A DNA stretch of 64,000 bases from Octopus sinensis (taxonomy: Eukaryota): contig NC_043006.1 in NCBI RefSeq assembly GCF_006345805.1, forward strand, positions 41,044,001 to 41,108,000. Direction: 5' to 3'. The notes under the pieces were generated by a model that worked only from the letters and a program-made list of their open reading frames with translations, was not told where the DNA came from and ran no database searches. This document shows positions 26,584 through 40,074 of this stretch, one piece after another. How positions within the stretch are numbered: position 1 is the stretch's first letter; each line of letters begins with the position of its first letter. The translations under genes and the position numbers were made by a program.

Positions 26584-26916
26584 TCTTCTTTCTTCTTTTT
26601 CTTCTACTTGTTCTTCTTGCTCTACTTGTTGTTCTTTTTTTTCTTCTTCTTCTTCTCATTCTTATTCTTCTTCTTCTTTTACTTCTTCCTCTTTTACTTC
26701 TTCTTCTTCTTCTTCTTCATTCTTCTTCCTCTTCTTCTTCTTCTTCTTCTCCTTCTATCTCCTTCTCTTTCTTCTTCTTCTTCTTCCTTCTTTCTTCTTC
26801 TTCTTCTTCTTTCTTTTTTTCTTCTTCTCTTCTTCTTCTTCTTCTTCTCTTCCTTCTTCTTTCTTTCCTTCTTCTTCTTCTTCTTCATTATCATCATCAT
26901 CACCATCATCATCATC
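26584..26916. repeat. (CTT)n polypyrimidine tract ending in (CAT)n
   Basis: Read directly; (CCT)n also at ~26418-26456. Confidence 0.95.
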
Positions 26917-27089
26917 TACCCGTAGCCACTAACAAAACATGATTGGACAGTTGTGTATGTGTGCGTCTGTATTTTGTCGGTGTGTGCTCATGCTGATGTA
27001 TGCACATACATCATATGGTGTATGTGTTTGCGTGTGCGAGTGTGTATGTGTATGTAAATATATATATATGCTCACATGCACCTATATTG

Positions 27090-27305
27090 TCAAGCATACA
27101 CGCACACACCGATAGACGTCAGTATACGAACGTCCAAACATACGATTTCAAACATGTGCGTACATTTGCATACACTCACACACACACACATGTATGTATG
27201 TATGTATGTATGTATGTATGTATAATGCAAATGTACCACATGTCTGAAATCGTATGTTTGGACGTTCGTATACTGACGTCTATCGGTGTGTGCGTGCATG
27301 CTTGA
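27090..27305. repeat. Near-perfect inverted repeat, ~80-bp arms with a microsatellite loop
   Basis: cacacaccgatagacgtcagtatacgaacgtccaaacatacgatttc and its reverse complement. Confidence 0.95.
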
Positions 27306-27339
27306 TGGAATAGGTGTATGTAAACATATGCTTATATAC

Positions 27340-27386
<47 letters not shown>

Positions 27387-27411
27387 CGTATATATATACG
27401 AATATATATAT

Positions 27412-27449
<38 letters not shown>

Positions 27450-28579
27450 TTATATGCACATTTGTTGGTATGAGAGCGTGCATGTCATGTGAAGGTGGTT
27501 GTGTGTGGGGGGGGAGAGAAAGTGAAACAGACAGAGCCAAATAATGTTGTTCCGTTTATGATTCAGGTTAATAAGACATCACTATTTAGGGCAACTGCTG
27601 TTCAGATATCACAGTAGGAAAAGAACAGGTGGAGACCCAAATTCGGTGTACCATTAATCTTTAAGTCCAAAATCTGCTTAGGTCAGCTTAACATTTCATC
27701 ACTTCAAGGTCGACATTAATTTCAGTATATTTTGCTGTAGTTGTTTCAATTCACTCTGTACAATCAATTTGTGTTCTAAAGAAACCTGGCGCCTTGCTAT
27801 TCAAAGTATAACCCGCTTCTGGTTATTGTTTTTGTTTCTATATCTTTCAATCGTGAGAAAAAGCGGTTCCCTTGTCCTTAATAAGCCCCATCCCAAGACT
27901 GGAGAGAGGAAGTGACCCTTAAACTGGAAACCTGGCCCAAAAGATTGCAACATAAAGGTATTCACTAAAGGTACCCAGGATATTAGGCGTGGGGGAAAGA
28001 TTTTAAATCGAGTGACAAATTAAATCTATCATCAAAGTTGGCCAGGAAAGGAATTGAACTCAGAGTGTATAGAGTCGGAACCGATAGCGCGTGGCATGCT
28101 ATCTAACACTCTAAACACTCAGTCTCAACTCGCCGCCATGATTAGTAAAACTTTCTGTTGCTTTATATAAAACTACAGCAAAATAGGGTGGAAATATATT
28201 TCCCGTTTTCATTGAACTATGCTTGGACAACAGTACGGTAGCAAGGGAAATAACTCCTGTGTTATTTGTCTGGCCATCTATGTAGTTCTCCAGTAGAGAT
28301 AAGTTATAAAAGGTGTCTAGAACTGAGAGTGGCAGCCATCTTGAAGTGAGACTAAGGAGAACGAGGAGCTGCATTGAAGCTTCAGTATGCAGCCCCTTGC
28401 ATCTAAACTCATTGAAAAATAGAATATAATAATTATCTGTTGTTTCCTGTCTTAGTTGTAAGACAAGCTGGTAGGATGTTATTCGCAGGGGATTGGTTGC
28501 TGTTTGTCGTAGGTTAAGCGGATGCAGAAACGTCCCTTAGTTGCAATGTTCTACTATACGCTGTTGATCTGCTTCAAAT

Positions 28580-28960
28580 CCTTTCCACTGGAAGCACAAG
28601 GCCTCAAATTTGGGAGAAGCGATTAAGTCGATTACATCGATCCCGGTGCTTATCTGGTACTAATTTTATCGACCCCGAAAGGATGAAAGGCAAAGCCGAC
28701 CTTGGCAGAATTTGAACTCAGAATATAACAGCAGACGAAATACCTATTTCTTTACTACCCACAAGGGGCTAAACACAGAGAGGACAAACAAGGAGAGACA
28801 AACGGATTAAGTCGATTATATCGACTCCAGTGCGTAACTGGTACTTATTTAATCGACCCCCGAAAGGATGAAAGGCAAAGTCAACCTCGGCGGAATTTGA
28901 ACTCACAACGTAGCGGCAGACGAAATACCGCTAAGCATTTCGACCGGCGTACTAACGATC
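28580..28960 (-). mobile_element. SINE family B dimer (young unit joined to an older-tail unit)
   Basis: Junction gacgaaatac|ctatttc at ~28743. Confidence 0.9.
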
Positions 28961-29327
28961 TGCTTCAGATCAATCCTCATCGAGCTGACCCACAATTCAG
29001 GTCATAACTAACCTGGGACTATATTATACAGTGTGTCCTTTTAAAGATTGTATAGAGTACTTTGAAGATTTTGCTGCCATCTTTTACTGGTCGAGTGAAA
29101 AATAAGAAGTTCCCTCGTATGCAAAGCACTCTAAACATAAAATAGTTGCGACACAAATTATTTACAGTTCTTGCTCACGTAGGTACATATACAGGTATGA
29201 GTGTGTGGATAAGAATATTGCTTCCCAACCATGTGCAACACCTTGGGTGACAGTCTTCTAGAATAATTCTGGATCGACCAAAACCGTGTGAATTGATTTT
29301 TTAGACAGAACCGAAAGGAAGCTCACT

Positions 29328-29812
<485 letters not shown>

Positions 29813-29823
29813 AATTCTTTGCG

Positions 29824-29980
29824 CAATGAGATAAAAACCAAGACTGTATAGATATTAAAGCATTTATAGATAGAAGGTCTTACAGCTGTTTCTAGGATAT
29901 CAATTAATATCACTTCATCGGAGACGGGGTGAGAGGAAAAATTAAGTCATAGTTAGTTTCGATGTGATACAAATAGAGAC
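29824..29980 (-). mobile_element. PLE terminal fragment with a hammerhead-like motif, same family as 11650-11810
   Basis: GTCT-CCGATGA-..gatat/atatc..-GAAACAGCTGTA-AGAC on the minus strand. Confidence 0.75.
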
Positions 29981-30388
29981 TGAGGTGGAGGAAAGAAAAT
30001 AGATGTAAGATATGTATGGTTATTGAATTCGTAAATCCGTTTTATAGGCATAATGGTATATATGTGTAATATTCCAATATGCTTTGAGTAAAATCCAAAA
30101 GTCCAACTATATGTATATGCATATATATAGATACATACATACATATATGTATGTATATTTACTATGAGGCATTGTGTAGAATATATTGTATAAAAGATCG
30201 TGTGTAAGCCCAGAACAATGCGTAGTAAATGCAAGGCAAATCACAAGAAAACAAATATATGAATTAATTTGTATTCAATATTTCGGGGTTACGACCCCGT
30301 TTTCAAGAAATTAGCGAATGTTGCCGATGTGCGTGTATTTATTTTCTCGCGAGTTACCTTGCATTTACTTCGCATGATCCTTTATGCA

Positions 30389-30476
<88 letters not shown>

Positions 30477-31667
30477 CGGGACGACTTTCGGGCCAGGGCC
30501 CATGGACAACTTCCAGAGATCCCTGGCCTGGCAGTGCTACCGAGAAGCGCTACCCGTTCGGGATAAGCTCTACAGACACGGCTCGAGAAACACGAGGCCG
30601 ACCTGCCCGAGATGCGGCCAGAGCGACGAAACCTATTTCTTTATTACCTACAAGGGGCTAAACATAGAGGGGACAAACAAAGACAGACATAGGTATTAAG
30701 TCGATTACATCGACCCCAGTGCGTAACTGGTACTTATTTAATCGACACCGAAAGGATGAAAGGCAAAGTCGACCTCGGCGGAATTTGAACTCAGAACGTA
30801 GCGGTAGACGAAATACCGCTAAGCATTTCGCCCGGCGCGCTAACGTTTCTGCCAGTTCGCCGCCTTAGAGCGACGAAACCGTTCTGCATGCACTCGTGCA
30901 GTGTCCAACAATCTCCGACCTGTGGGCTTATGTCGAACAACTGCTGTCACGTGTGGGACGAGTCGGTTTATCAGCTGAGTCTATCGTCAATATTTCAATA
31001 TTATCACGCCTCCTTCCTTCAAACGGGAAGGAAGAGCTATTTTCATCATCCTTGTGGCTATGGCAAAAGAATGTATCTGGTGGACGCGTCTGAAAGGATT
31101 GGAGACAAACACTTTCCTCTCTAGTCAATCTCTCATCAAGTTTTGTCTAGCGAATGTTTTTAAAAAAAGATGGGTGAATGTAGCAAGGATGGCACGTATG
31201 AATGACGAAGCCACCTTGGGCATAATCCTATGAAGCCAGAAATTGAAAACAGAGGGTTACCCACTTGCAAACAAATGTGGTAACATATAACAATATTGAC
31301 CAAGGTTACCGTGGTCTTTTTCGTAGGCTTTTCTTCCCACGGATAAACCTTACTTGCTTTCCCCTTTATACCATACATCATAACACTGTGATACACGATC
31401 CCTATTGATCGTTTTTTTCCTCTTCCCCTTTTTTTCTTCTTTTTTTCATTTCTCTTTTCTTTTGTTCATTTTCCTTTTTTTCCTTTTTTTCTTTATTTTA
31501 TGCTCTTTGTTTTCCCTTTTACGATCCCTTTTGATCGGAAACCTACGCCACCTTTTTTTTTGTTTCTTTTGTTTTTTGTTTTTCATTTTTTTCGTCCCCC
31601 CAAAGAAAAGCTCTACCTTGTAACTTGTCCCATCTGTGTGCAGCCCTGTGTGGCCAATAAAGAAACT
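30477..31667 (+). mobile_element. Tx1/L1-clade LINE 3' end (CCHC zinc-binding domain plus 3' UTR) within (TATC)n, interrupted by SINE B
   Basis: LAWQCYREALPVRDKL...CPRCGQSDET|VLHALVQCPTISDLW; T-rich UTR, AATAAA, then (TATC)n; (TATC)n also upstream. Confidence 0.9.
30634..30866 (-). mobile_element. SINE family B with a 14-bp TSD
   Basis: agagcgacgaaacc at 30620-30633 and 30867-30880. Confidence 0.95.
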
Positions 31668-31687
31668 TATCTATCTATCTATCTATA

Positions 31688-31767
<80 letters not shown>

Positions 31768-32030
31768 ATATATATGCACACACAAATATATGGAAAAAAG
31801 TCAAGGGAGTAAATGCTAAAATAATTTTATAAAAAACATTTCAGTACCTGTTTCAGTAATTTTAGACTTTTTCAACTGTAAGTATGGAAAACAATTAAAT
31901 TTTGGAAAAATTAAAAGAAAAGTTTTTAAAAGAATATTTGCATTAGTGTTCAAATGCAAGTGGCATTTTCCTTGTTTCTGCCCATTTCTGTCACTCTTGT
32001 TTACTCTTGTGGATTCGAGGTCATTCTGAA

Positions 32031-32135
<105 letters not shown>

Positions 32136-32152
32136 ACTAACTAACCATCAAG

Positions 32153-32228
<76 letters not shown>

Positions 32229-32579
32229 ATAAATGTATGTATGTATGTATTATGTATCTATCTATCCATCTTTCTATCTATTTATATGGTTTTGTGTGTG
32301 CGTGTGTCTCTTCGTGTGTGTTTGTGCATGTGTTGAGTTTCTCCTTCACTACACTTTGATAACCAGTGCTGGTCTGTTTATGTCTCCGTAACTTAGCGAT
32401 TCGGCAAACAGAAACTAATAGAAATAGTGCCAGACTTTCCAAAATAAGTTGAGGGTTCGATTTGTTCGACTAAACTTTATCAACGTGATAAAAGATAAAA
32501 GTAAATAAAAGAAAAGCTGTATGTACAGTCTATTTGTTCACGATCTTCTTGAGCAACGTTAAGCAACATTGTGAATATA

Positions 32580-32674
32580 CAGTGATACTTGACTTTACGA
32601 GGATCCGCTTTACGAAACTACGGGTTTACGAGTATTCTCCAGGAACGAATTAACTCGTGTATCGAGGCATTGTT
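32580..32674. mobile_element. Possible tiny Tc1/pogo-type MITE
   Basis: TA-flanked imperfect TIRs cagtgatacttgactttacgag / ctcgtgtatcgaggcattgttg. Confidence 0.4.
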
Positions 32675-32699
32675 GTAGAGATTTGACTGTATGGTTTGG

Positions 32700-33035
32700 G
32701 AGACCCCCTTCGGTCATGAATGATCAAGGGATTGCACCTAGAAAGTTACCCTCCGAAGTACAATCCGGACAAGGTTGTTTATGGAAGGCCAGCAGTGGCC
32801 GATGCATACCAGCCTCCCCTCTCCACGTCACCAGTGTTATCCAAAGGAAAGGAAAAGATCGATACAGCTTGGCACCTGTGATGTCACAAGTCATTTCTAC
32901 AGCTGTGTCAACTGGAGCAACGTGAAATAAAGTGTCTTGCTCAAGAACACAACAAGCAGCCCGGTCCGGGAATCGAACTCACAACCTCAAGATCGTAAGC
33001 TCGGCGCTCTAACCACCGAGCCATGCGCCTTCACC
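32700..33035 (-). mobile_element. tRNA-derived SINE (family C-related) with CORE-like ttgagcaagacact
   Basis: Head gtgaaggcgcatggctcggtggttagagcg...gagttcgattccc. Confidence 0.8.
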
Positions 33036-33787
33036 TGTATGGTTTATTTATCCACTTATTATATCTTATATAATTGCATTTTGCGCCGCTGGTTTCCCAC
33101 TGACTGATCATTGGTTCATTGCATTTCGACGCCGGAATTGCCAATTCTAGCAGATCAAATATCGTCTTTTATTTGTTTTCAGTCATTACACTGCGGCCGT
33201 GCTGGAGCACCGCTTTGAAGAATATTCAGTCGAATGAATCAACCCCAGAACATTTTTTTAAAGCCTGGTACTTATTTTATCGGTCTTTTGTCGAACCGCT
33301 AACTTACAGGGACGTAAACATACCAACATCGGTTGCCAAGCGGTGGTGGGGTACAGAAACACACACGCACACATATAAGTCGGGTTTCTTTCAGTTTCCG
33401 TCTACCAAATCCGCTCAAAAGGCTTTTGTCGCCTCGTGGCTATTGTAGGAGACAGTTACCAAAGATGTCACACGGTTGCACTGAACACTGGACCAAGCTT
33501 CTTACCACACAGCCACGCCAGCGCCTAAAAGCTTTCTCCTGAAATACATCGGTTTATCGTTTTCCTCATAGAAAATCACATCGCTGGCAGGTTCAGAAGA
33601 ACTAATGGATGGTCTGTATAAATATGAAAAAAATTTAAAGTCTGTGTTTCGTATGCCGTTGGGAGAACATGTTTCTGGTGCTTCAGTAGCCATGGTAGAA
33701 ATATTTGCCAGAGTTGATGTATAGCAGTCTCGAACCCGGAAATGCATAATTACGAAGTGAAATTCTTAACTATATAGCTACATATGT

Positions 33788-34120
33788 CGTGGCACTCCGT
33801 CAGTTATGGCGTGCAAAGTGGCTGAGTACTGCACAGACACGTGTATACCCTTAACGTAGTTCTCGAGGAGCATCAGCGTGACACAGAGTGTGACAAGGCT
33901 GGTCCTTTGAAATACAGGTACAAGAGAAAGAGGAAGAAAGAGTGAGAGTAAGTTTTGGCGAAAGAGTATAGCAGGGTTCGCTACACCCTCTGCCGGAGCC
34001 TCGTGCAGCTTTAGGTGTTTGAGCTCAATAAACGCTCACAATGCCTGCTCTATGAATCGAACCCGCGATCCCAAGACCGCGAGTCTGCTGCCCTAACCAC
34101 TGGACCGTTGTGCCTCCACA
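33788..34120 (-). mobile_element. SINE family C
   Basis: Similar to 5590-5872 and 60275-60660. Confidence 0.8.
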
Positions 34121-34276
34121 TAGCTACATATAGGGCATGAGTTGTTTGAAAGTCGTAGAAAGAACTCCACATAAACTTTTAAGTTCTCTATTTTTTAAAA
34201 TTTACTATCAACGTAAAACCTATTAAGATACAAAAACCTAAGATACAAAAACACACAGTTTAAAAAGTTTCATACA

Positions 34277-34665
34277 TAAGGAGTGGCTGTGTGGTAAGTA
34301 GCTTGCTTACGAACCACATGGTTCCGGGTTCAGTCCCACTGCATGGCACCTTGGGCAAGTGTCTTCTACTATAGCCTCGGGTCGACCAAAGCCTTTTGAG
34401 TGGATTTGGTAGACGAAAACTGAAAGAAGCCCGTCGTATATATGTATATATATGTGTGTGTTTGTGTGTCTGTGTTTGTCCCCCCGACATCGCTTGACAA
34501 CCGATGCTGGTGTGTTTACGTTCTCGGTTCGGCTAAAGAGACCGATAAAATAAGTACTAGGCTTACAAAGAATAATTCCTGGGGGTCGATTTCCTCGACT
34601 AAAGGCGGTGCTCCAGCATGGCCGTAGTCAGTGACTGAAGCAAGTAAAAGAGTAAAGAGTAACGA
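34277..34665 (+). mobile_element. SINE family A, full length
   Basis: Consensus match. Confidence 0.9.
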
Positions 34666-34691
34666 GTATCAAAATGCAGCTTGTCTCTCAC

Positions 34692-34771
<80 letters not shown>

Positions 34772-34772
<1 letters not shown>

Positions 34773-35398
34773 CTCCTTCCTTCAAACGGGAAGGAAGAGC
34801 TATTTTTATCATACTTGTGGCTATGGCGAAAGAATGTATCTGGTGGACGCGCCTGAAAGGATTAGAGACAAACACTTTCCTCTCTGGTCAATCTCTCATC
34901 AACTTCTTCAAGTATCACTTGAAGAGGAAAGTGAGAGTAGAGAGGCAAGTTTTGTCTAGTGAATGTTTTAAAAAAAGATGGGTGAATGTAGCAAGGATGG
35001 CACGTATGAATGACGAAGCCACATTGACTATGATTCTATGAACCGTAAAAATTAATATTTGCAAAAAAAAAAAAAGAAATATAACATGTGACTTCATTGA
35101 CCGAGGTTACCGTGGTCTTTTCCGTAGGCTTTTCTTTCCACGGGTAAACCTCACCTGTCCTCCCCTTTACACTTCATATTGACATTTCTGTGATAACGAT
35201 CCCTACTGATCCAATTTTTTTCCTCCCCCCCCCTTTTTTAATCTTATTTTATCCCCCCTTTTTTTGTCCTCTTTCTTTCCATTTACGATCCCTTTTGATC
35301 GAAAACCAAAAAAACCCCTTCTTTTACCCCCCAAAGAAAAGCTCTACCTTGTAATTTTGTCCTGTCTGTGTGCAGCCCTGTGTGGCTAATAAAGAAAC
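34772..35398 (+). mobile_element. Tx1/L1-clade LINE 3' end, copy 2, flanked by (TATC)n
   Basis: [30 protein letters not shown]...; same 3' end cagccctgtgtggctaataaagaaac. Confidence 0.9.
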
Positions 35399-35942
35399 AT
35401 ATCTATCTACCTACCTACCTACCTACCTACCTACCTACCTATCCATCTGTCTGTCTCACTGTCTGCTGTCTCTTCCCTTCTGTCACTATATCTATCTTCC
35501 CCTCTTTCCTCTCTACTGGCCCCTGTCTGCCTACGTAACTTCCAGCCTTCCTCGCTACCTACATACATACCTACATATCTACACACGTACACACATACGT
35601 ACGTTCGTACGTACGTATGTATTTACAAATGCATGAATGTGTGTGCGTGCGTGTGTGTGTATGTATGTATTTATGTATGTATTGCCGTGACGTATGTTCA
35701 CAGTTGTACACGGTAGACGCAGTATTACACGCTAAAGAAAACACCAGACGCAGAATACGATAACCGCAGCATTTATGTGAAACCTAAAAGACAGCTCAAA
35801 ATTTCGAATTATTAGGATTTCATCTGGCGAATTGTCAAACTCGTAATAAAGACCACTTGATATATAAGCGATAGTGGGAGGAAATAGTGTATAATAGGAG
35901 GGTTTGAACGGAGAAGAAAGAATGAGGAAAGGGTTAGTTTTA

Positions 35943-36452
35943 CTGTCATGTAATAAGACAGAGTATAAAAGTTGATTACAGATAAAACGTGAAAAAGAAT
36001 GATAAATAAATTATGATGAAATTAAATAGAATACCATAAAATAAAGTAAAATAAAATTATACGCGATGTGTAGAAACACGAATATGCACAGATATCTAAA
36101 TTATAAGACGATAAATTGTAGAAAGAAACTAATGCGAATTTAATTTAGGCTTTATAGAATACCGTTGGTGAAGTTTCATGCTAAATAAACCACAGATTAT
36201 ATATTGATCATATTATAATTCAGACAATTGACATTTCCCCAACGGTTTTTTCTATAAAACCCAGTGACTACCGTTCCAATTACTTTCGGATATTAGTAAA
36301 GTTGTATAATTTATCGACTTGTAATTTCTGTATTTCTGCCTATTTCTGTTTATACACTTCACATAATTCGATTTCATTCATTTTGTCTGATTTTATTTCA
36401 CTTCGTTACGTAATCATCTTTTATATTCTGAGCTTTCTTACTTCATGACATT
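35943..36452. repeat. Old degenerate inverted repeat (~170-190-bp arms, ~150-bp spacer), MITE-like
   Basis: cagagtataaaagttgattac vs gtaatcatcttttatattctg; ttataagacgataaattgta vs tataatttatcgacttgtaa. Confidence 0.55.
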
Positions 36453-36989
36453 TAGGGAAAACGCTGTGTGCTGAGGGTGCTGCTGTACTCCGGAGTTGAT
36501 GTCTCATCATGTGGGAAGCAGTTCTGTAGGTGTTCCGGACCTCGCAACACCAGAGCTGTCTGGGGGGTCACTCACCGATGTAGGTGACAAAACTGCCGCA
36601 CAGCTGATATTACGACTCTGGGCCAGATGTTTTTACCACCCACAGTGCTCAATTTGCTGCACCTATCTTCGTCTCTCTTGTGTCAGATATAATAACTTGC
36701 TCCGACAATTTTCAGGCAACATCTTTTCTCTTGCAGCTAGTTAAAAGTTCCTGAGCATCGAGCGAACCCTGATTCCAAAAACCTTTTAACGCCTATCTCT
36801 ACAGAAAGGCACATTGCCTCCAATCAATGTTTTTCACACAGTTCAAGCAACTCACTGTAGATACATCCTATCCAGAGGAAAATGTCTTTAGAGTTCTCTT
36901 GTAAGGAAACTGAAAGCCCTAACATCTTTATAACAGTCCTTTTCTTGCACCACGTTGAACCCCTCTAATTGTACATTATTCTCTCCTAC

Positions 36990-37930
36990 TTTTGTGGTTA
37001 GGTAAGTAATATTTTTATAAATGATATATACCACAATTTTGATAGTTCACCAGATATAATCTCAGAAAATTGTAATCTTGAACTGTCTATCACTATCATG
37101 AACATTTTTAAGGTAGCATCAGTATATATCAAACTCATTGGTTATATTGACATAAAGTTATGTTTTGTTATAGTAGTGTGGGGTTGCGTTTTGTTTGTGG
37201 ATTTAAATGAATAAATATGTTCTGTATATGGGTTTTGTTGCTAATTTTTGCTAACTTTATACAACTTCCATCTCAATACTATTTGTTCTATATGCCGGCA
37301 TTGACAATAGGCATTTTCCAATAAGAATAAAGTTACAAGATTTTGGTTGCAGTTGAAGATATGTGAGCCTATTTTATTCAAACGGTTATAAATGGTAAAA
37401 TATCTTGTAGTGTTTGTTGGTGTAAAGTGAGTTATTATTGTTAGAAAGTTCCTTGCAATATTTGTGAAAATGTCTATACTATACGGAGGGTTATATCATA
37501 CTATTTTATAATATCTGTATTTGGTGTTTTTGTGTGTAGATTGTCCTATGTTATTTTAATTTTGAAACCACTGTGGGATAGTATTGGGGAGCTTTATTAA
37601 ATATTTACTCGTTTGATGGCAAATTCCATAGTTCTATTTCAAACTTTTATCTAAGGTGAGTTTTAGAATTTTGGAGGACTTGAATTTTGTGATAAATGCA
37701 TTGTTTCTTACTGTGATTTATAGTTTAGATGGTGTTGGGTATATTCAGATCTAGTATTATATCTGGAAATTATTTTTAGATTTGCGTTTATAATAATTAT
37801 TTATGCTAATTATCATAATTATTTATTCATGTTATGTCAAATCATATTACAAGGTGTAGCTAACCTGTTATCGATGTACTGTCCTATCTTAGTAAACTGT
37901 GTTTCTTTTTAGTGTGAATAATACGTAAAT
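36990..37930 (-). mobile_element. Penelope-like element remnant, heavily decayed
   Basis: Minus-strand pieces ELWNLPSNE*IFNKAPQYY and YNPPYSIDIFTNIARNFL parallel the PLE at 11.9-12.6 kb. Confidence 0.7.
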
Positions 37931-38488
37931 TTTGTCCTGCAAAATGCTTTAAACTGCATCCGAGGGTGAGGCTCCAGTTCAAACACTCAGGATTTCTGGA
38001 GAGGATGGAATTATCTCCTAGTAACCGCTACCCTTAGATTCGTTTTGGCTCGGGTGGTAGTATCTGTTAGGGACTCTAATATCAGGCAAGTATCAGAAGA
38101 AAATAGTCCTGTGGCTAAAGCATATAAGATTCAGAGGAGAGTCGGCCCTTACATATGTATCACTTAGGTCCACCGGTGTGTGTATAGACATGCTTTGATG
38201 CTACATGGGACAGTTCCCTTGTTTAAGGGCTAAATAGGCCCTGTGCTTCGAAGTTAAGCTCTGAAGAGGAGGAACCTATTGGAAAAAACTGTAAATAAAC
38301 TTGGTAAAAGCAACATTGCAGCATCATTCCTCTTAAATTTCATGAATATTCAGACTTTTATGGAGGTCAATGAATGCCGAAGGCTGTAGTCATGGCACGT
38401 GAAGAGATACATAGAAAGACAGATAGATAGACAGATAGATAGCTTGCTTGCTAGAAAGATAAATAGACAGATAGATAGACATATAGAT

Positions 38489-38547
<59 letters not shown>

Positions 38548-38832
38548 ACTCGGATATTTCCGCCGCTCTCTCATAGCTATCAAAAGATATAGACTGAAAA
38601 TGTCATTTCCGTTTGTTTTCATCAAGGAGTCGTTATAATGTAATGGTGACTTTCTTGCTCTCATTACGACATTGATATCATTGTTGGTAACAGCGTTTAA
38701 TGTTTTCTGTTCGGAATCTTAATGCCTTCAAGAGAACTCATTTAGAAATGCACGTACAACCTTCTATAATATCGAAGCTTGAGGAATCTTTTGTTTCATT
38801 TTCATGACAGCAGAAGGTTGTACATGCATTTC

Positions 38833-39351
38833 TAAAACAAAAGTCATCTAACGCCGTTGAAAATACACCAAATTAACCTCAGAAATTCAAACAATCTATC
38901 CTTAAGAGCCGACAAAATCAAAACTTGTATGAACTCGACTGGGACGCAGTAAGTTATTAAATCATATCACCACAAAATAGAGTAACTGCTCAATATCCAT
39001 ACAACGTGATAAACAATGTTTTTTCACCATGAAATTGAATACAAAACATAGTTGGGAACACTTCAATCCACAAATTTTAGAACAATCTGCTGCCATGAAA
39101 ATTGTTCTAAAATTTGTGGATTGAAGGGTTCCCAACTGTTTTGTATTCAATTTCATGGTGAAAAAACATTGTTTATCACGTTGTATGGATATTGAGCAGT
39201 TACTCTATTTTGTGGTGATATGATTTAATAACTTACTGCGTCCCAGTCGAGTTCATAAAATTTTGATTTTGTCGGCTCTTAAGGATAGATTGTTTGAATT
39301 TCTGAGGTTAATTTGGTGTATTTTCAACGGCGTTAGTTGACTTTTGTTTTA
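38833..39351. repeat. Long near-perfect palindrome, ~250-bp arms, 14-nt loop
   Basis: Arms 38833-39086 and 39101-39351 are reverse complements with few differences. Confidence 0.97.
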
Positions 39352-39425
39352 AATACGCTTACCATTAAGTCCATATAAACCTATCTAATTATGTATATAT
39401 GTACGTATGTATATATGTATGCATG

Positions 39426-39459
<34 letters not shown>

Positions 39460-40028
39460 TGTATGTATGTATGTATGTATGTATGTATGTATGTATGTAT
39501 GTATGCATGCATTTATGTATATATGTATGTTTGTATATATGTGTGTGTGTATGTATGTATGCATGTATGTATTTATGTGTGTATGTATGTAAGCAAGACT
39601 CATAAACCACCTCGAGAGTCACATAGACAATCCACGAATAGATTACGCCCAATTCGTCATAGACGCGTTTAAATGTGATGTAAATAATGTAAATAATGTA
39701 AATAATGTACATAATTCCCCATCTCTTAAATATATAATTGAACCAGACAGATGATTTAGTTACAGTGATGAAATGTTTTTGCTGAACATACATTTATTCT
39801 CTCTCCATCAAATCGATATTGCCCGTACAGTAAACTCGGTGTGTCGCTCGGCGGATGGCGAAATGATCAGGAACGTAACGTGAAATGAAATGATTTGGTT
39901 AGGAATCGAAACCTCCATCTTTTTATCGTGAGTGCAACATCCTATCCACTAGACCACGCTCTTTGTGCATCTCTATGTGTATGTGTGTGAGTGTGCATGC
40001 GTGCGCAGATATTTGTATGTATGTGTGT

Positions 40029-40074
<46 letters not shown>

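Noticed and set aside
26268-26932. Long poly-S/F/L/R/K ORFs up to 209 aa
   Set aside because: Stop-free readings of (CCT)n/(CTT)n tracts
32960-33035. tRNA gene candidates at SINE heads (also 60275-60350, 5200-5290)
   Set aside because: They run into SINE bodies and lack complete acceptor stems
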